Origin: an uncultured Balneolaceae bacterium
GTDB taxonomy: Bacteria; Bacteroidota; Rhodothermia; Balneolales; Balneolaceae
DNA: 64,000 nucleotides
Assembly (NCBI GenBank): GCA_964615135.1
Contig: CAZTOG010000010.1
Coordinates: forward strand, 35,161 to 99,160
Direction of reading: 5' to 3'
Shown: positions 30,861 to 40,427 of the stretch, in pieces
Layout: each line of letters opens with the position of its first letter
Numbering within the stretch: position 1 is the first letter of the stretch
Translations under genes and position numbers: made by a program
The notes under the pieces: model-generated
Told to the model about the DNA's origin: nothing
What the model saw: only the letters and a program-made list of their open reading frames with translations
The model's database searches: none

Positions 30861-31565
30861 TTATTCCAGATCGAATACGGTGTGCACGCTGGCACTGATG
30901 GTTACGCTTTGTGCAAAATCCAGCATGGAGGAACCGGCGCTATCTTTCATAAATGCCATCGTGTCCATGCGCCTGAAATTGGGATTGACTTCGTAATCGG
31001 AATAATTGATTCTCTTTATTTTTCCTACTTTCACGCCCATATTATTAGCAATGAATTGAGCGCGCTCTTTGGCAGAGTTCAGCGCCGTTTCTAGTGCTTT
31101 TTTCTTTCCTTCCTCAATTTTAGACGAAGAAAAACTGCCGTCAAACGAATCAAATCCGTTTTCGATTAAGGTAATTTGAACCTTTTCGTATATATCGAAA
31201 TCGCTGAAAGTGACGGATATGGATTGGCTGGTTTGTGAATACAGGTCCTGGCCGTCGTTTCGGTATCTTTTATTGATATTTATAGGCTGGTGGCGGATAT
31301 TTGCTTCTTTTATACCCAAATCTTTTAGTAACGAAGCCAATACATCTTCTTTAACCTTGTGCTGGTCGAAGGCTTCTTTTGGTGTTTTTGCCTCTATATT
31401 AAGATTAATATTGAATATTATAAGGTCGGCCGGTACGGTTATCGATTTTGTAACATCAATCGTTATCAGCCTTTCGGGATAATCTTGATGTTGTGCTCTC
31501 AAATTATAGCTTAATACGGTTGCCATTAAAGCCAATAAAAGACTGGTTTTCTTGAATATTGTCAT
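30861..31565 (-). CDS. SIMPL (DUF541) domain periplasmic protein
   Basis: Signal peptide. The size (234 aa) and the pattern ...ITVPADLIIFNINLNIEAKTPKEAFDQHKVKEDVLASLLKDLGIKEANI... are typical of the SIMPL/26-kDa periplasmic protein family. Confidence 0.55.
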   Translation of the reverse strand: MTIFKKTSLLLALMATVLSYNLRAQHQDYPERLITIDVTKSITVPADLIIFNINLNIEAKTPKEAFDQHKVKEDVLASLLKDLGIKEANIRHQPININKRYRNDGQDLYSQTSQSISVTFSDFDIYEKVQITLIENGFDSFDGSFSSSKIEEGKKKALETALNSAKERAQFIANNMGVKVGKIKRINYSDYEVNPNFRRMDTMAFMKDSAGSSMLDFAQSVTISASVHTVFDLE

Positions 31566-31976
31566 AAAATTACGATTAATATTTTTTGATAGATACAGTA
31601 AATAAATAAATACTTGCTATAATTAAACGGAAAATGGGCTTTTTAAGTATATAATTATCAGAATATTTATAATATTCACGATATAAAATAACACAATTTA
31701 CATTAGTTGCTTTAAACAACAAATATTTTTTGTATTATTATAAACATATACGATTTTTGAAGGGTAGAGTTACTTTTTTAAAATCATAAAAAATAAGTGC
31801 TCAAAAAATAACTCTGCAAAATCTGTATTAAAAAAATGGATAATTTGAATAGTTTAATTATTCGAATATTGGCAGGTAATCTGTTTCAACATTAAAAGAC
31901 ATCCGATTAATTAGATGGTTTTAGGATTAAACGATATTTGCCAAATATTATTAAATATAAATTAATAGAATCAATT

Positions 31977-34904
31977 ATGAGTAAAAAACTAACATACGCT
32001 CTCAATTTGTGTCTTGCTTTGCTATTATTTGGTCTTACGCCAATTATGGCAAACGAAATCAACTTAGACGATGAGACCCAAATATCAGGAAAAGTTGTAG
32101 ATGTTACTGGTGAGCCTTTGGCCGGGGTAAATATTACGGTAAAAGGGACCATCGTAGGTACACCAACAAATGGGTTGGGCGAATTTTCATTAAAAGTTAA
32201 ACAAGACCCTCCACTCGTGCTTCAAGCCTCGTTTATTGGCTATCAGTCGCAAGAGATCGAAATCAATGACAATGTTGTTTCCAATCTGGAAATTGTTCTG
32301 ATAGAGCAAACATACTTAGGTCAGGATATTGTTGTTTCCGCTTCCCGAGTGGAAGAGAGTGTGTTGGAAGCACCGGTCAGTATTGAGCAAATGGATGTTC
32401 TTGCTATTAAAACTACCGCATCCGACGAATACTACAAATCCATTGCAAACCTAAAAGGAGTTGACGTAACTACAAGTAGTATCAACTTCCAGATTATAAA
32501 CTCGCGTGGTTTCAACTCTACCGGTAATACCAGAATGGTTCAATTGATTGACGGTATGGATACGCAGGCTCCGGCCTTGAACTTCCCGATTGGTAACCTG
32601 AACGGACCATCGGAACTTGATGTGGAAACAATAGAATTTATTCCGGGTGCGGCATCTGCGCTATACGGACCAAACGCATTTAGTGGCGTACTTTTAATTA
32701 ACAGTAAAGACCCATTCCGTTATCAAGGGCTGAGCGTTAGTGTTAAATCGGGTGTAAACCACCTGGGTGGAAATCCGGTGTTGGGCGAGCCTGCGAATCC
32801 GCGCCCCATGTTTACAACATCTATACGTTACGCTAAAGCTTTTAATAACAAGTTTGCATTCAAAGCCAACTTCTCATACATGGAGGCCGATGACTGGCGT
32901 GGAAAAAATTATACAGATAAAAATACCACGCAACAAGGTGCTCTAAACCATAATCCGGCATACGATGGTGTGCATATGTATGGCGATGACGGCGGTATCA
33001 ATATCAAACTTTTGGCAACAAATCCGGATATAATCAACGCTTTGGCAGGAGCAACCGGGTTGCCCGCACAATTTGTAGCGCCTTATGTTGGTTCATTACC
33101 TAACCAGGCCGTGCATATGACCGGATATAACGAGGTTGATTTAATTGATTACAATGCCAAAAACATGAAAGCCAGTGGTTCTTTGCATTATCGTATAACC
33201 GATAAAATTGAAGCTAGTTACGCCGCAAGTTATGGTTTTGGTACATCCATTTATACGGGTGCGCAACGCTACAGCTTGAAAAATTTCAATATCGGGCAGC
33301 ATAAAGTTGAACTGAAAGGCGATAACTTCAAATTATTCGGGTACGCAACACTGGAAGACTCCGGCGATTCGTACATTGCAGATTTTGTTGGTTACTATAT
33401 TAATGGTATCGCACACGACCCACTGGGTACAAGCCCGGGCAGAGGAAATGAAGTGTGGTTTGGTACCTATGCTACAAACTTTGCGGGCGGTATTATGCAA
33501 GCTGTTATGCAGGCAACCGGCGGCGATCCTACATATAACCCGGCCATTGTATCTGCAATTATGAGCAACCCCGGCATAGTTTCACAACTGCACTGGGCTT
33601 CGCGCAGCGCGGCAGATGCCGGACGTTTTAAAGTGGGTAGCCCCGAATTTAAAGCAGCTTTTGACGAAGCTTTAAGCGCCAGAATACCGGATGGTGCCAA
33701 ATTCGACGACCAATCCAGTTTCTACCACGTAGAAGGACAATACGATTTCAAAAATGAAATTAAATTTATGGATTTATTGGCAGGTGCCAGCTTCAAGCAA
33801 TTCCAGTTACGCTCACACGGTACTATTTTTGACGATAAAGGCGGCGTAAATATCAACGAATGGGGCGCGTTCCTCCAAGGTGCGAAATCATTATTCAACG
33901 ACCAAATGAAACTGACCGGCTCGATACGTTACGATAAGAGTGAGAATTTCACCGGACAGTTCAGTCCAAGAATTTCGACCGTAATCAAAGTGGCAGAAAA
34001 CCAAAATATCCGTGCTTCTTATCAGACAGGCTTCCGTAACCCGTCAACACAGGCACAATACATCGATTTGGATGTTATTACTGCTCGTTTATTGGGTGGA
34101 TTGCCCTATTTCAACGAAAAGTATAAAGTTACAGAAAGTACTTATACTTTAGAATCGATTGAGCGATTCTCGACTCGTCTTCTTGCCGGCGATCCGGGTG
34201 CTGCCGCTGCTTTAGAGGCTTACGACTCGTACAGCCCGGTAAAACCAGAGCAAGTACAAGCTATAGAAGTAGGTTATAAAGGCCTGATAGGAAATAGACT
34301 GTTTGTTGACCTGGCTTACTACTATAATATCTTTAACGATTTTATAACACAGCACAGAGTAAGACAAATTCAAGACTCAAACGGTAATATTTTACCGCTG
34401 ACCCCGGCAACAGCTCCCGCTTTGTTGAGTGGTAACAGCACGAATACTTATCAGATCTACACCAACAATCCAGAAACTGTAACAGCACATGGTGCCATTA
34501 TTGGAATGGATTATAGCTTGCCTTACGGCTATATGATTGGATTTAACTATAACTTTAACAAACTATTGGATGGTTTGTCTGGTGCATACGATAACGACTT
34601 TAATACACCCGAACACAAACTTAACGTAATGTTGAGCAACCGTAAGCTCACCGACCGCTTCGGCTTTAACATTACTTATCGCTATCAAAGCGAATTCGAT
34701 TGGTTATCATCTTTTGTAGATGAAACAGTGCCTGCGGTATCCACCGTTGACGCACAACTTAGTTATACCATACCGGAATATAGCACAACCTTAAAATTTG
34801 GTGGCTCTAACATATTGAACGATCAATATGTATTGAGCGGCGGTGCGCCATCGGTAGGTGCCATTTACTATGTATCGTTAACATTTGACCAATTGTTCAG
34901 ATAA
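31977..34904 (+). CDS. TonB-dependent outer-membrane receptor with N-terminal carboxypeptidase-regulatory-like domain
   Basis: Signal peptide from the ATG at 31977 (MSKKLTYALNLCLALLLF). A CarbopepD_reg-like segment (ISGKVVDVTGEPLAGVNITVKGT), a plug domain and a long beta-barrel ending in an aromatic residue (...FDQLFR). The ORF-track start at 31938 is probably too far upstream. Confidence 0.85.
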   Translation: MSKKLTYALNLCLALLLFGLTPIMANEINLDDETQISGKVVDVTGEPLAGVNITVKGTIVGTPTNGLGEFSLKVKQDPPLVLQASFIGYQSQEIEINDNVVSNLEIVLIEQTYLGQDIVVSASRVEESVLEAPVSIEQMDVLAIKTTASDEYYKSIANLKGVDVTTSSINFQIINSRGFNSTGNTRMVQLIDGMDTQAPALNFPIGNLNGPSELDVETIEFIPGAASALYGPNAFSGVLLINSKDPFRYQGLSVSVKSGVNHLGGNPVLGEPANPRPMFTTSIRYAKAFNNKFAFKANFSYMEADDWRGKNYTDKNTTQQGALNHNPAYDGVHMYGDDGGINIKLLATNPDIINALAGATGLPAQFVAPYVGSLPNQAVHMTGYNEVDLIDYNAKNMKASGSLHYRITDKIEASYAASYGFGTSIYTGAQRYSLKNFNIGQHKVELKGDNFKLFGYATLEDSGDSYIADFVGYYINGIAHDPLGTSPGRGNEVWFGTYATNFAGGIMQAVMQATGGDPTYNPAIVSAIMSNPGIVSQLHWASRSAADAGRFKVGSPEFKAAFDEALSARIPDGAKFDDQSSFYHVEGQYDFKNEIKFMDLLAGASFKQFQLRSHGTIFDDKGGVNINEWGAFLQGAKSLFNDQMKLTGSIRYDKSENFTGQFSPRISTVIKVAENQNIRASYQTGFRNPSTQAQYIDLDVITARLLGGLPYFNEKYKVTESTYTLESIERFSTRLLAGDPGAAAALEAYDSYSPVKPEQVQAIEVGYKGLIGNRLFVDLAYYYNIFNDFITQHRVRQIQDSNGNILPLTPATAPALLSGNSTNTYQIYTNNPETVTAHGAIIGMDYSLPYGYMIGFNYNFNKLLDGLSGAYDNDFNTPEHKLNVMLSNRKLTDRFGFNITYRYQSEFDWLSSFVDETVPAVSTVDAQLSYTIPEYSTTLKFGGSNILNDQYVLSGGAPSVGAIYYVSLTFDQLFR

Positions 34905-34925
34905 AACGTAAATCCTTATTTCAAA

Positions 34926-34957
34926 AGCCACTTCGAATTTCGAAGTGGCTTTTTTTG
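34926..34957 (+). terminator. Rho-independent terminator
   Basis: Stem agccacttcgaa / ttcgaagtggct followed by T7. Confidence 0.8.
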
Positions 34958-35066
34958 TTGTGTAAAATCAACAGAAATGCAAAAATGACAATATTGGCTT
35001 TTATCATAATTATGGCATAGTGTTTGCAGCAATAATGGTAAAACGAAATTTAATTTAACTGCTTAA

Positions 35067-35678
35067 ATGAGTAAAAAAACAAAGAAAAAAGCATTTGGCC
35101 AGTCTCAGGATGTTGAGATGGATAACGAGCTGAATCAAGTTGAGGAACTTGACGGCCAAGCCGAAATGGCGGCAGAAAACAAAGAAGATTATATGGCCGA
35201 AAAGCAAGAAAATGCCAATAACGAAATATCGGCATTGGAGCTGGAGAACGAAAAGTTAAAAAATACGGTGCTGCGAAGAATGGCCGAACTCGAAAATGTT
35301 AAAAAAAGAGTTCAACGGGAGAGGGTAATGCTCTTCGATGAAGCTAAAACAGCCGCAATAAAAGATTTTTTGCCCATTTATGACGATTTATTACGGGCAA
35401 TAGAAGTATCGGGAGCAGAAAACAAAGAAGTACAGGATGGACTGCTGACCGGAGTTAAGTTGGTGGTAGATAAGTTCAACCTGATACTGAAAAAATACGA
35501 GGTCGAACCGATTGACGAGATAAATATACCCTTTGATGTAGATGTACACGATGCGCTGCTAAAGCAACCGGCGCCATCCGAAGACGTAGAAAGCAATACC
35601 GTTATACAAGTTTTGGAAAGAGGCTATAAAATGGGCGGTAAAACCATAAATCACGCAAAAGTAATTGTTAGCGAGTAA
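35067..35678 (+). CDS. grpE: Nucleotide exchange factor GrpE
   Basis: Long N-terminal acidic coiled coil and a C-terminal beta domain (...HDALLKQP...V.QVLERGYKMGGKTINHAKVIVS). Immediately upstream of dnaJ. Confidence 0.9.
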   Translation: MSKKTKKKAFGQSQDVEMDNELNQVEELDGQAEMAAENKEDYMAEKQENANNEISALELENEKLKNTVLRRMAELENVKKRVQRERVMLFDEAKTAAIKDFLPIYDDLLRAIEVSGAENKEVQDGLLTGVKLVVDKFNLILKKYEVEPIDEINIPFDVDVHDALLKQPAPSEDVESNTVIQVLERGYKMGGKTINHAKVIVSE

Positions 35679-35684
35679 AAAATA

Positions 35685-36842
35685 ATGGCAAAAAAAGATT
35701 ATTACGAAATATTGGGCGTGGATAAAAATGCCGACGATGCCGCCATTAAAAAGGCGTACCGTAAAATGGCCATGAAATACCATCCCGATCGTAATAAAGG
35801 CAACGAAGAAGCAGAAAAGAAATTTAAAGAAGCAGCCGAAGCTTACGAAGTTCTCAGCGACGCCGATAAAAGAGACCGATATAACCGTTTTGGCCACGAT
35901 GGCGTTAACGGACAAGCGGGCTTCGGCGGTGGTGGAATGAACATGGAGGATATCTTCTCACAATTTGGGGATATCTTCGGTGGCGCATTTGGCGGTGCCT
36001 TTGGTGGCGGTGGATTCAGCTCCGGCCGCGGCCGACCCTCTGCCGGTACACCCGGTTCGGATATGAAAATTACCCTCCAGCTAACACTAGATGAAATCGC
36101 TTTTGGTACCGATCGGAAAATCAAGATAAAAAAATTTGTTAATTGCGATAAGTGCGATGGTACCGGCGCAGAAACCAAATCAGATTTCGAAACCTGCGGC
36201 ACCTGTAATGGTACCGGCGAGATAAGAAGAGTTACCAATACCATTTTGGGACAGATGGTAAACGTGCAGCCTTGTCCAACTTGCCATGGCGAAGGTCGAA
36301 TCATCAAAAACAAATGTACCAAATGTGCCGGTGAAGGCAGGGTCAATGGCGAAGAAGTTATTGAGGTCAAAATCCCGTCCGGTGTTTCCAATGGCAATTA
36401 TATAACATTGAGAGGAAAAGGAAACGCGGGCAGAAGGGGAGGTCCGGCAGGTGATTTAATTGTTGTTATTGCAGAAAAAGAGCACAGTGATTTCTTGCGC
36501 GATGGCAATAATATTGTTTATAACCTGATTTTGAGCATACCCGAAGCTATTTTGGGCGCCAAAGTGGAAGTACCAACGCTGAAAGGCAAGGCAACCGTTA
36601 ATATACAGCCCGGCACGCAGCCCGGAAGCATCCTGAGAATGAAAGGAAAGGGTATTAATGGCCTGAGAAATTCGGGCGTAGGCGACCAACTGCTGAAAGT
36701 AAATGTGTATATGCCTAAAAACATATCGGAAAGTGAAAAAGAATCGCTGCAGGCGTTCAAAAAATCCGATAATTTCGACCCCGATAAAATGGACAGCGGC
36801 AGTAAAAGCTTCTTTTCGAAAATAAAAGACGCTTTTAATTAA
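35685..36842 (+). CDS. dnaJ: Molecular chaperone DnaJ
   Basis: J-domain with HPD (KYHPDRN), a G/F-rich linker and four CxxCxGxG zinc motifs ([32 protein letters not shown]). Confidence 0.95.
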   Translation: MAKKDYYEILGVDKNADDAAIKKAYRKMAMKYHPDRNKGNEEAEKKFKEAAEAYEVLSDADKRDRYNRFGHDGVNGQAGFGGGGMNMEDIFSQFGDIFGGAFGGAFGGGGFSSGRGRPSAGTPGSDMKITLQLTLDEIAFGTDRKIKIKKFVNCDKCDGTGAETKSDFETCGTCNGTGEIRRVTNTILGQMVNVQPCPTCHGEGRIIKNKCTKCAGEGRVNGEEVIEVKIPSGVSNGNYITLRGKGNAGRRGGPAGDLIVVIAEKEHSDFLRDGNNIVYNLILSIPEAILGAKVEVPTLKGKATVNIQPGTQPGSILRMKGKGINGLRNSGVGDQLLKVNVYMPKNISESEKESLQAFKKSDNFDPDKMDSGSKSFFSKIKDAFN

Positions 36843-36866
36843 ATAGCAGTTTAAAGACATAAAAAA

Positions 36867-36896
36867 AGCCGTTTATATAAATAAACGGCTTTTTTA
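36867..36896. terminator. Bidirectional rho-independent terminator
   Basis: 10-bp stem agccgtttat / ataaacggct flanked by A7 and T6 runs, between convergent dnaJ and the RRM gene. Confidence 0.8.
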
Positions 36897-36923
36897 TTAA
36901 ATATAATTTATCGCGTCAATATA

Positions 36924-37193
36924 TCAGCGAAAATCTCTTCTCGGTCTGTCTTCACGAGGGCGTGCCTCATTTACACGTACTTGTCTCCCATCAATTTCTG
37001 CACCATCCAATTGTTCGATAGCTGCTTGGGCTTCCGGGTCATTAGGCATTTCAACAAAACCAAAGCCTTTGGAACGGCCTGAATATTTGTCTGTGATAAC
37101 TTTTGCTGAACTTACTTCGCCAAAAGCTTCAAATACTTCTTTTAAATTGTCATCGGAAACACCGTAACTTAAGTTTCCTATATATATGTTCAT
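36924..37193 (-). CDS. RRM-type RNA-binding protein
   Basis: RNP2 IYIGNL and RNP1 KGFGFVEM. 89 aa with an Arg-rich tail. Confidence 0.9.
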   Translation of the reverse strand: MNIYIGNLSYGVSDDNLKEVFEAFGEVSSAKVITDKYSGRSKGFGFVEMPNDPEAQAAIEQLDGAEIDGRQVRVNEARPREDRPRRDFR

Positions 37194-37408
37194 TTCTTTT
37201 ATTTTGGTTAAATACTTAATTAAGGATAGAGAAAAAAAACTAGAGCAGGAATAAAAAATACCTTAATCGAGAGTTAATCAATAATCCAATTTAAAAGTAC
37301 ACTTAAAAAATGGATATAAAAATTAATAATTTATATTTTTATATGCTATTAAATAATAGATAGATAGATGGTGAAAACAGGTCGGTTACAGGTAGTGTTA
37401 AGGAATAA

Positions 37409-38389
37409 TTACCTGTATTTACTGGGCGTTACACCGTATTTACGCTTAAATGCAGTAGAGAAGTGCTGTGGATATTTAAAGCCCAGTGCAAAGGCTATTT
37501 CGCTTATATTCATCTCGCCCTCGAGCAATAATTTAACGGCGCGATCCATTTTTAAATCAGACCAATAACTGAAAATTGTTTTGCCAAACACCTCTTTGAA
37601 TCCCTTTTTTAGCGTAGATTCGTTGGTGCCCACTACCCTCGAAAGCTCTTTTAAAGTTATATTTTTATCCAGATTGCCCTGCAAGTAAGCCCTGAGCTCA
37701 AAAATCTTTTTAAAATCATCCCTTTTTACCGAGTTAGAGGTGAAATCGCACATAAATATTTGTTCAAACTGAAGCATAAGCAATTCTATAATCTTGGCTT
37801 CATAAAACATTTTTTTGAGTACACCTTCTTTATTGCAATCGATGATATCGTCTATAATCTGGAACATTTTAAAACGAATGGGACAGTTATGATCGCAGAT
37901 TAAGGATGCACTTCCATTGCTTATTTTATTTTTGAACTCTTCCAATACAGGATTGTTGAAATGCAGATATTTTTCGAATAATTTGGGCTCGATAGCAATG
38001 GAAAAGAACTGAAAATCATTGCCGCCACAGTTAATGCGATAACCCGATTTGTTTAAATAAACGATATTATGCTGATTGCTGTTGAGCTTAAGGTTTATTT
38101 GTTTACCGCCTAATTCTTTTAAAGTAAGGTTGCCGGTCAATACAAACTTTAATTGAATATTATCCGTCTCGTTTTTGAAAGGAAATTCAATATTTTCTGG
38201 AATAGAAAGTTTAAAATACCTGATATGAAAGCCATTAAAATAAAACTCATCACAAAAACCATCAGCTAAATCGCCATGGATACATCTACATTCTTCGCCC
38301 CATGACGAATCCTTAACCTGGTTTTTAAACAGATTATCGTTATTTAAAAAAAGATTGCTCAGCTCGATTGTAGTTGCACTTTGATTCAT
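37409..38389 (-). CDS. AraC-family transcriptional regulator
   Basis: C-terminal double HTH (LKELSRVVGTNESTLKKGFKEVFG...ISEIAFALGFKYPQHFSTAFKRKYGVTPSKYR). Divergent from the TonB receptor locus. Confidence 0.85.
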   Translation of the reverse strand: MNQSATTIELSNLFLNNDNLFKNQVKDSSWGEECRCIHGDLADGFCDEFYFNGFHIRYFKLSIPENIEFPFKNETDNIQLKFVLTGNLTLKELGGKQINLKLNSNQHNIVYLNKSGYRINCGGNDFQFFSIAIEPKLFEKYLHFNNPVLEEFKNKISNGSASLICDHNCPIRFKMFQIIDDIIDCNKEGVLKKMFYEAKIIELLMLQFEQIFMCDFTSNSVKRDDFKKIFELRAYLQGNLDKNITLKELSRVVGTNESTLKKGFKEVFGKTIFSYWSDLKMDRAVKLLLEGEMNISEIAFALGFKYPQHFSTAFKRKYGVTPSKYR

Positions 38390-38556
38390 ACAAAATACCT
38401 TTTCACGGCATTTTTATTCCTTTTAAAGTAGGAATGTGAAATTTAAAATAGTTATTTTATGCTTGTAATTTAGAATTAGTCTAAGTAAAGATAACAATAA
38501 TCCAAAACAAATAAATATTTTTAAAATCGCCTAAAAACGACTTTAATTACTATTTA

Positions 38557-38564
38557 TAGTTTTG
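38557..38564 (+). promoter_or_regulatory. Candidate -7 promoter element (TAnnTTTG) for the lipoprotein/TonB-receptor operon
   Basis: tagttttg lies about 95 nt upstream of the ATG at 38659. Confidence 0.3.
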
Positions 38565-38658
38565 TACTAGACTATTCAAAAAGACCTGACCAACACATTG
38601 TTGCGAATGTCAAAAATGGTAGATATCCAATATCACCGAATACTATTCATGAAGAGAA

Positions 38659-39165
38659 ATGCTGAGAAAAATGAACAAAAGCCTCAAAATATTGGCGCTT
38701 ATAGCCTTTTATATGAGTCTGCTAAACTGTCAATCCACCGGAAAACAGGAAAATAATCTTGCACTACAGGATTCCAAACTTCCTTTTTTGGGTAAATATA
38801 CGTGGTCTTTTGAAGTGCCGGATGAGGGGCCACAACTCTCATCCTTCACTTTTTCCTCCGACTCCATTCTTTATAGCATGAAAGGTCCTGCTTTTACAAC
38901 GGAATACACCCAAATGGTAGTCAGCTATGATGTGGCAGAGATGCGTAGTATTACGGTGGGAAAAGGTGGAAGCAATAACAAAGATGGAATCTATTTTGTG
39001 ATGTTTTTCAAGGATATCACCGACTCTACACTTACAATTTATAAGCACGAAAGTGATGCCGGCTTACAAGGTGCACTCAAATTTAAATATCCAGCGAACG
39101 ATGCCGAAGAGGATCACGGTTGGAATGTTTACAAAAAGGTGAGCCTCGATGATTCCGGGCAATAA
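38659..39165 (+). CDS. Small lipoprotein, possibly lipocalin-like, function unknown
   Basis: Signal peptide with lipobox (SLLNC). 168 aa, beta-rich. First gene of the operon with the TonB receptor. Confidence 0.4.
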   Translation: MLRKMNKSLKILALIAFYMSLLNCQSTGKQENNLALQDSKLPFLGKYTWSFEVPDEGPQLSSFTFSSDSILYSMKGPAFTTEYTQMVVSYDVAEMRSITVGKGGSNNKDGIYFVMFFKDITDSTLTIYKHESDAGLQGALKFKYPANDAEEDHGWNVYKKVSLDDSGQ

Positions 39166-39237
39166 GACTTACTTTCATGCGTATAAAACAAAAATTAAAA
39201 ATCGAACAGTTTTAAAAATCAAATAGATATAAAAATT

Positions 39238-40278
39238 ATGCTTAAAAAAACACACTACCCAAGCCTTGTTATAACAGTGCTCTGCACTCTATTGTTTATG
39301 GGATGCGGAGTAACCGACAAAGGAGATGATAACCCCGAATTGGAACTGAAAATAGAAGGTAAATGGAAGATGGAAAAGGTCAATTTTACCGATGCCAGCC
39401 TGGTAGAATGGGATGTTTATACAGACTACACCGCCGGTAATTATTTTGCTTACGCCCCGGCTATGTACTTGGATATGATTGGCTTCGATTTTCAGGACAA
39501 AGCGCTGTCCGATAATTCAGCTAATAAATTTGTTTTTATAGAAGTTGGTAGTCACGAAGATGTTGATAGCAATGAATTTTGGTATTGGAATTATACCGAA
39601 GATGGTAAAAGCTTTGAAATAGGGCAGATAAATCCTCAGTTCCCACCGTATAATTTTTCGTTGACAGAAGTTAATTCAGTAGTTCTTTCCGACGATGGAA
39701 ATAAACTGGAATTTTCGGCCAAGGTAAATTCGCGTGTTTCCGGCGGTTCTATCCGTGATATAGTATCTGTGCCCGTAGAATTTACCATGACTCGCAACAC
39801 GCCGGGCGATATACCGGAAGTCTATTTTGAAAACGAGCTTTTTGTGAAGCCTGCGGTGCTTACTACCGAGGAAAAACTCCGTAATACCCACTGGAAATTG
39901 GAGCCGGGTTCGGATTTATACAGTCCGGGAATGGATGATGCCGACAACCCGGAAAAAGCACACTTGAAAATTGCGGCTTTAAACCTGGCGGAAAATAATA
40001 TGCTGAATTATCGCTATGCCTACCCAATGGGAATTGTACCGGCTAAAGAATATGAGCAAGAAGCCGTTAACGATAAGAAATTTGTGATGAAATTAGGCGG
40101 AAACCCAAAATTTGGTGGTGAAGAAGTATTAATTACCTGGTTTATCGATAAAATTGACCTGAAAAATGACAGACTAATTTTGAAAGATTCGGAAAACGGA
40201 GACTCGAGAACTTTTGTTCTAATCGACGATATAAATACCCAAGTGGATGAGAACGACTATAATATAGTTACCGAATAG
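39238..40278 (+). CDS. Lipoprotein of unknown function
   Basis: Lipobox (LFMGCG). 346 aa. I recognise no family motif. Confidence 0.4.
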   Translation: MLKKTHYPSLVITVLCTLLFMGCGVTDKGDDNPELELKIEGKWKMEKVNFTDASLVEWDVYTDYTAGNYFAYAPAMYLDMIGFDFQDKALSDNSANKFVFIEVGSHEDVDSNEFWYWNYTEDGKSFEIGQINPQFPPYNFSLTEVNSVVLSDDGNKLEFSAKVNSRVSGGSIRDIVSVPVEFTMTRNTPGDIPEVYFENELFVKPAVLTTEEKLRNTHWKLEPGSDLYSPGMDDADNPEKAHLKIAALNLAENNMLNYRYAYPMGIVPAKEYEQEAVNDKKFVMKLGGNPKFGGEEVLITWFIDKIDLKNDRLILKDSENGDSRTFVLIDDINTQVDENDYNIVTE

Positions 40279-40322
40279 TATCTATAAGAATAGTACCTAT
40301 AAAAGAAACTACGTTTCGCAAA

Positions 40323-40386
40323 AAAAGACAGGATTTCACCATAGAGGCCAATAAACTTTATGGTGTTTAAATCTTGTCTTTTTTGG
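40323..40386 (+). terminator. Long hairpin plus T-run (intra-operon terminator or attenuator)
   Basis: Outer stem aagacaggatt / aatcttgtctt (one G-T pair), inner stem caccata / tatggtg, then T6. It lies between the lipoprotein gene and the TonB receptor gene. Confidence 0.55.
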
Positions 40387-40427
40387 CGATATAAAAACGT
40401 TATGATTTTGTTTGAATTTTATAATTG

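Noticed and set aside
31938-31976. Upstream start for the 988-aa TonB receptor
   Set aside because: A canonical signal peptide begins at the internal ATG at 31977 (MSKKLTYALNLCLALLLF). The 13 extra codons are AT-rich leader-like sequence.
34958-35066. CIRCE/HrcA operator upstream of grpE-dnaJ
   Set aside because: I looked for TTAGCACTC-N9-GAGTGCTAA and found nothing resembling it in the grpE upstream region.
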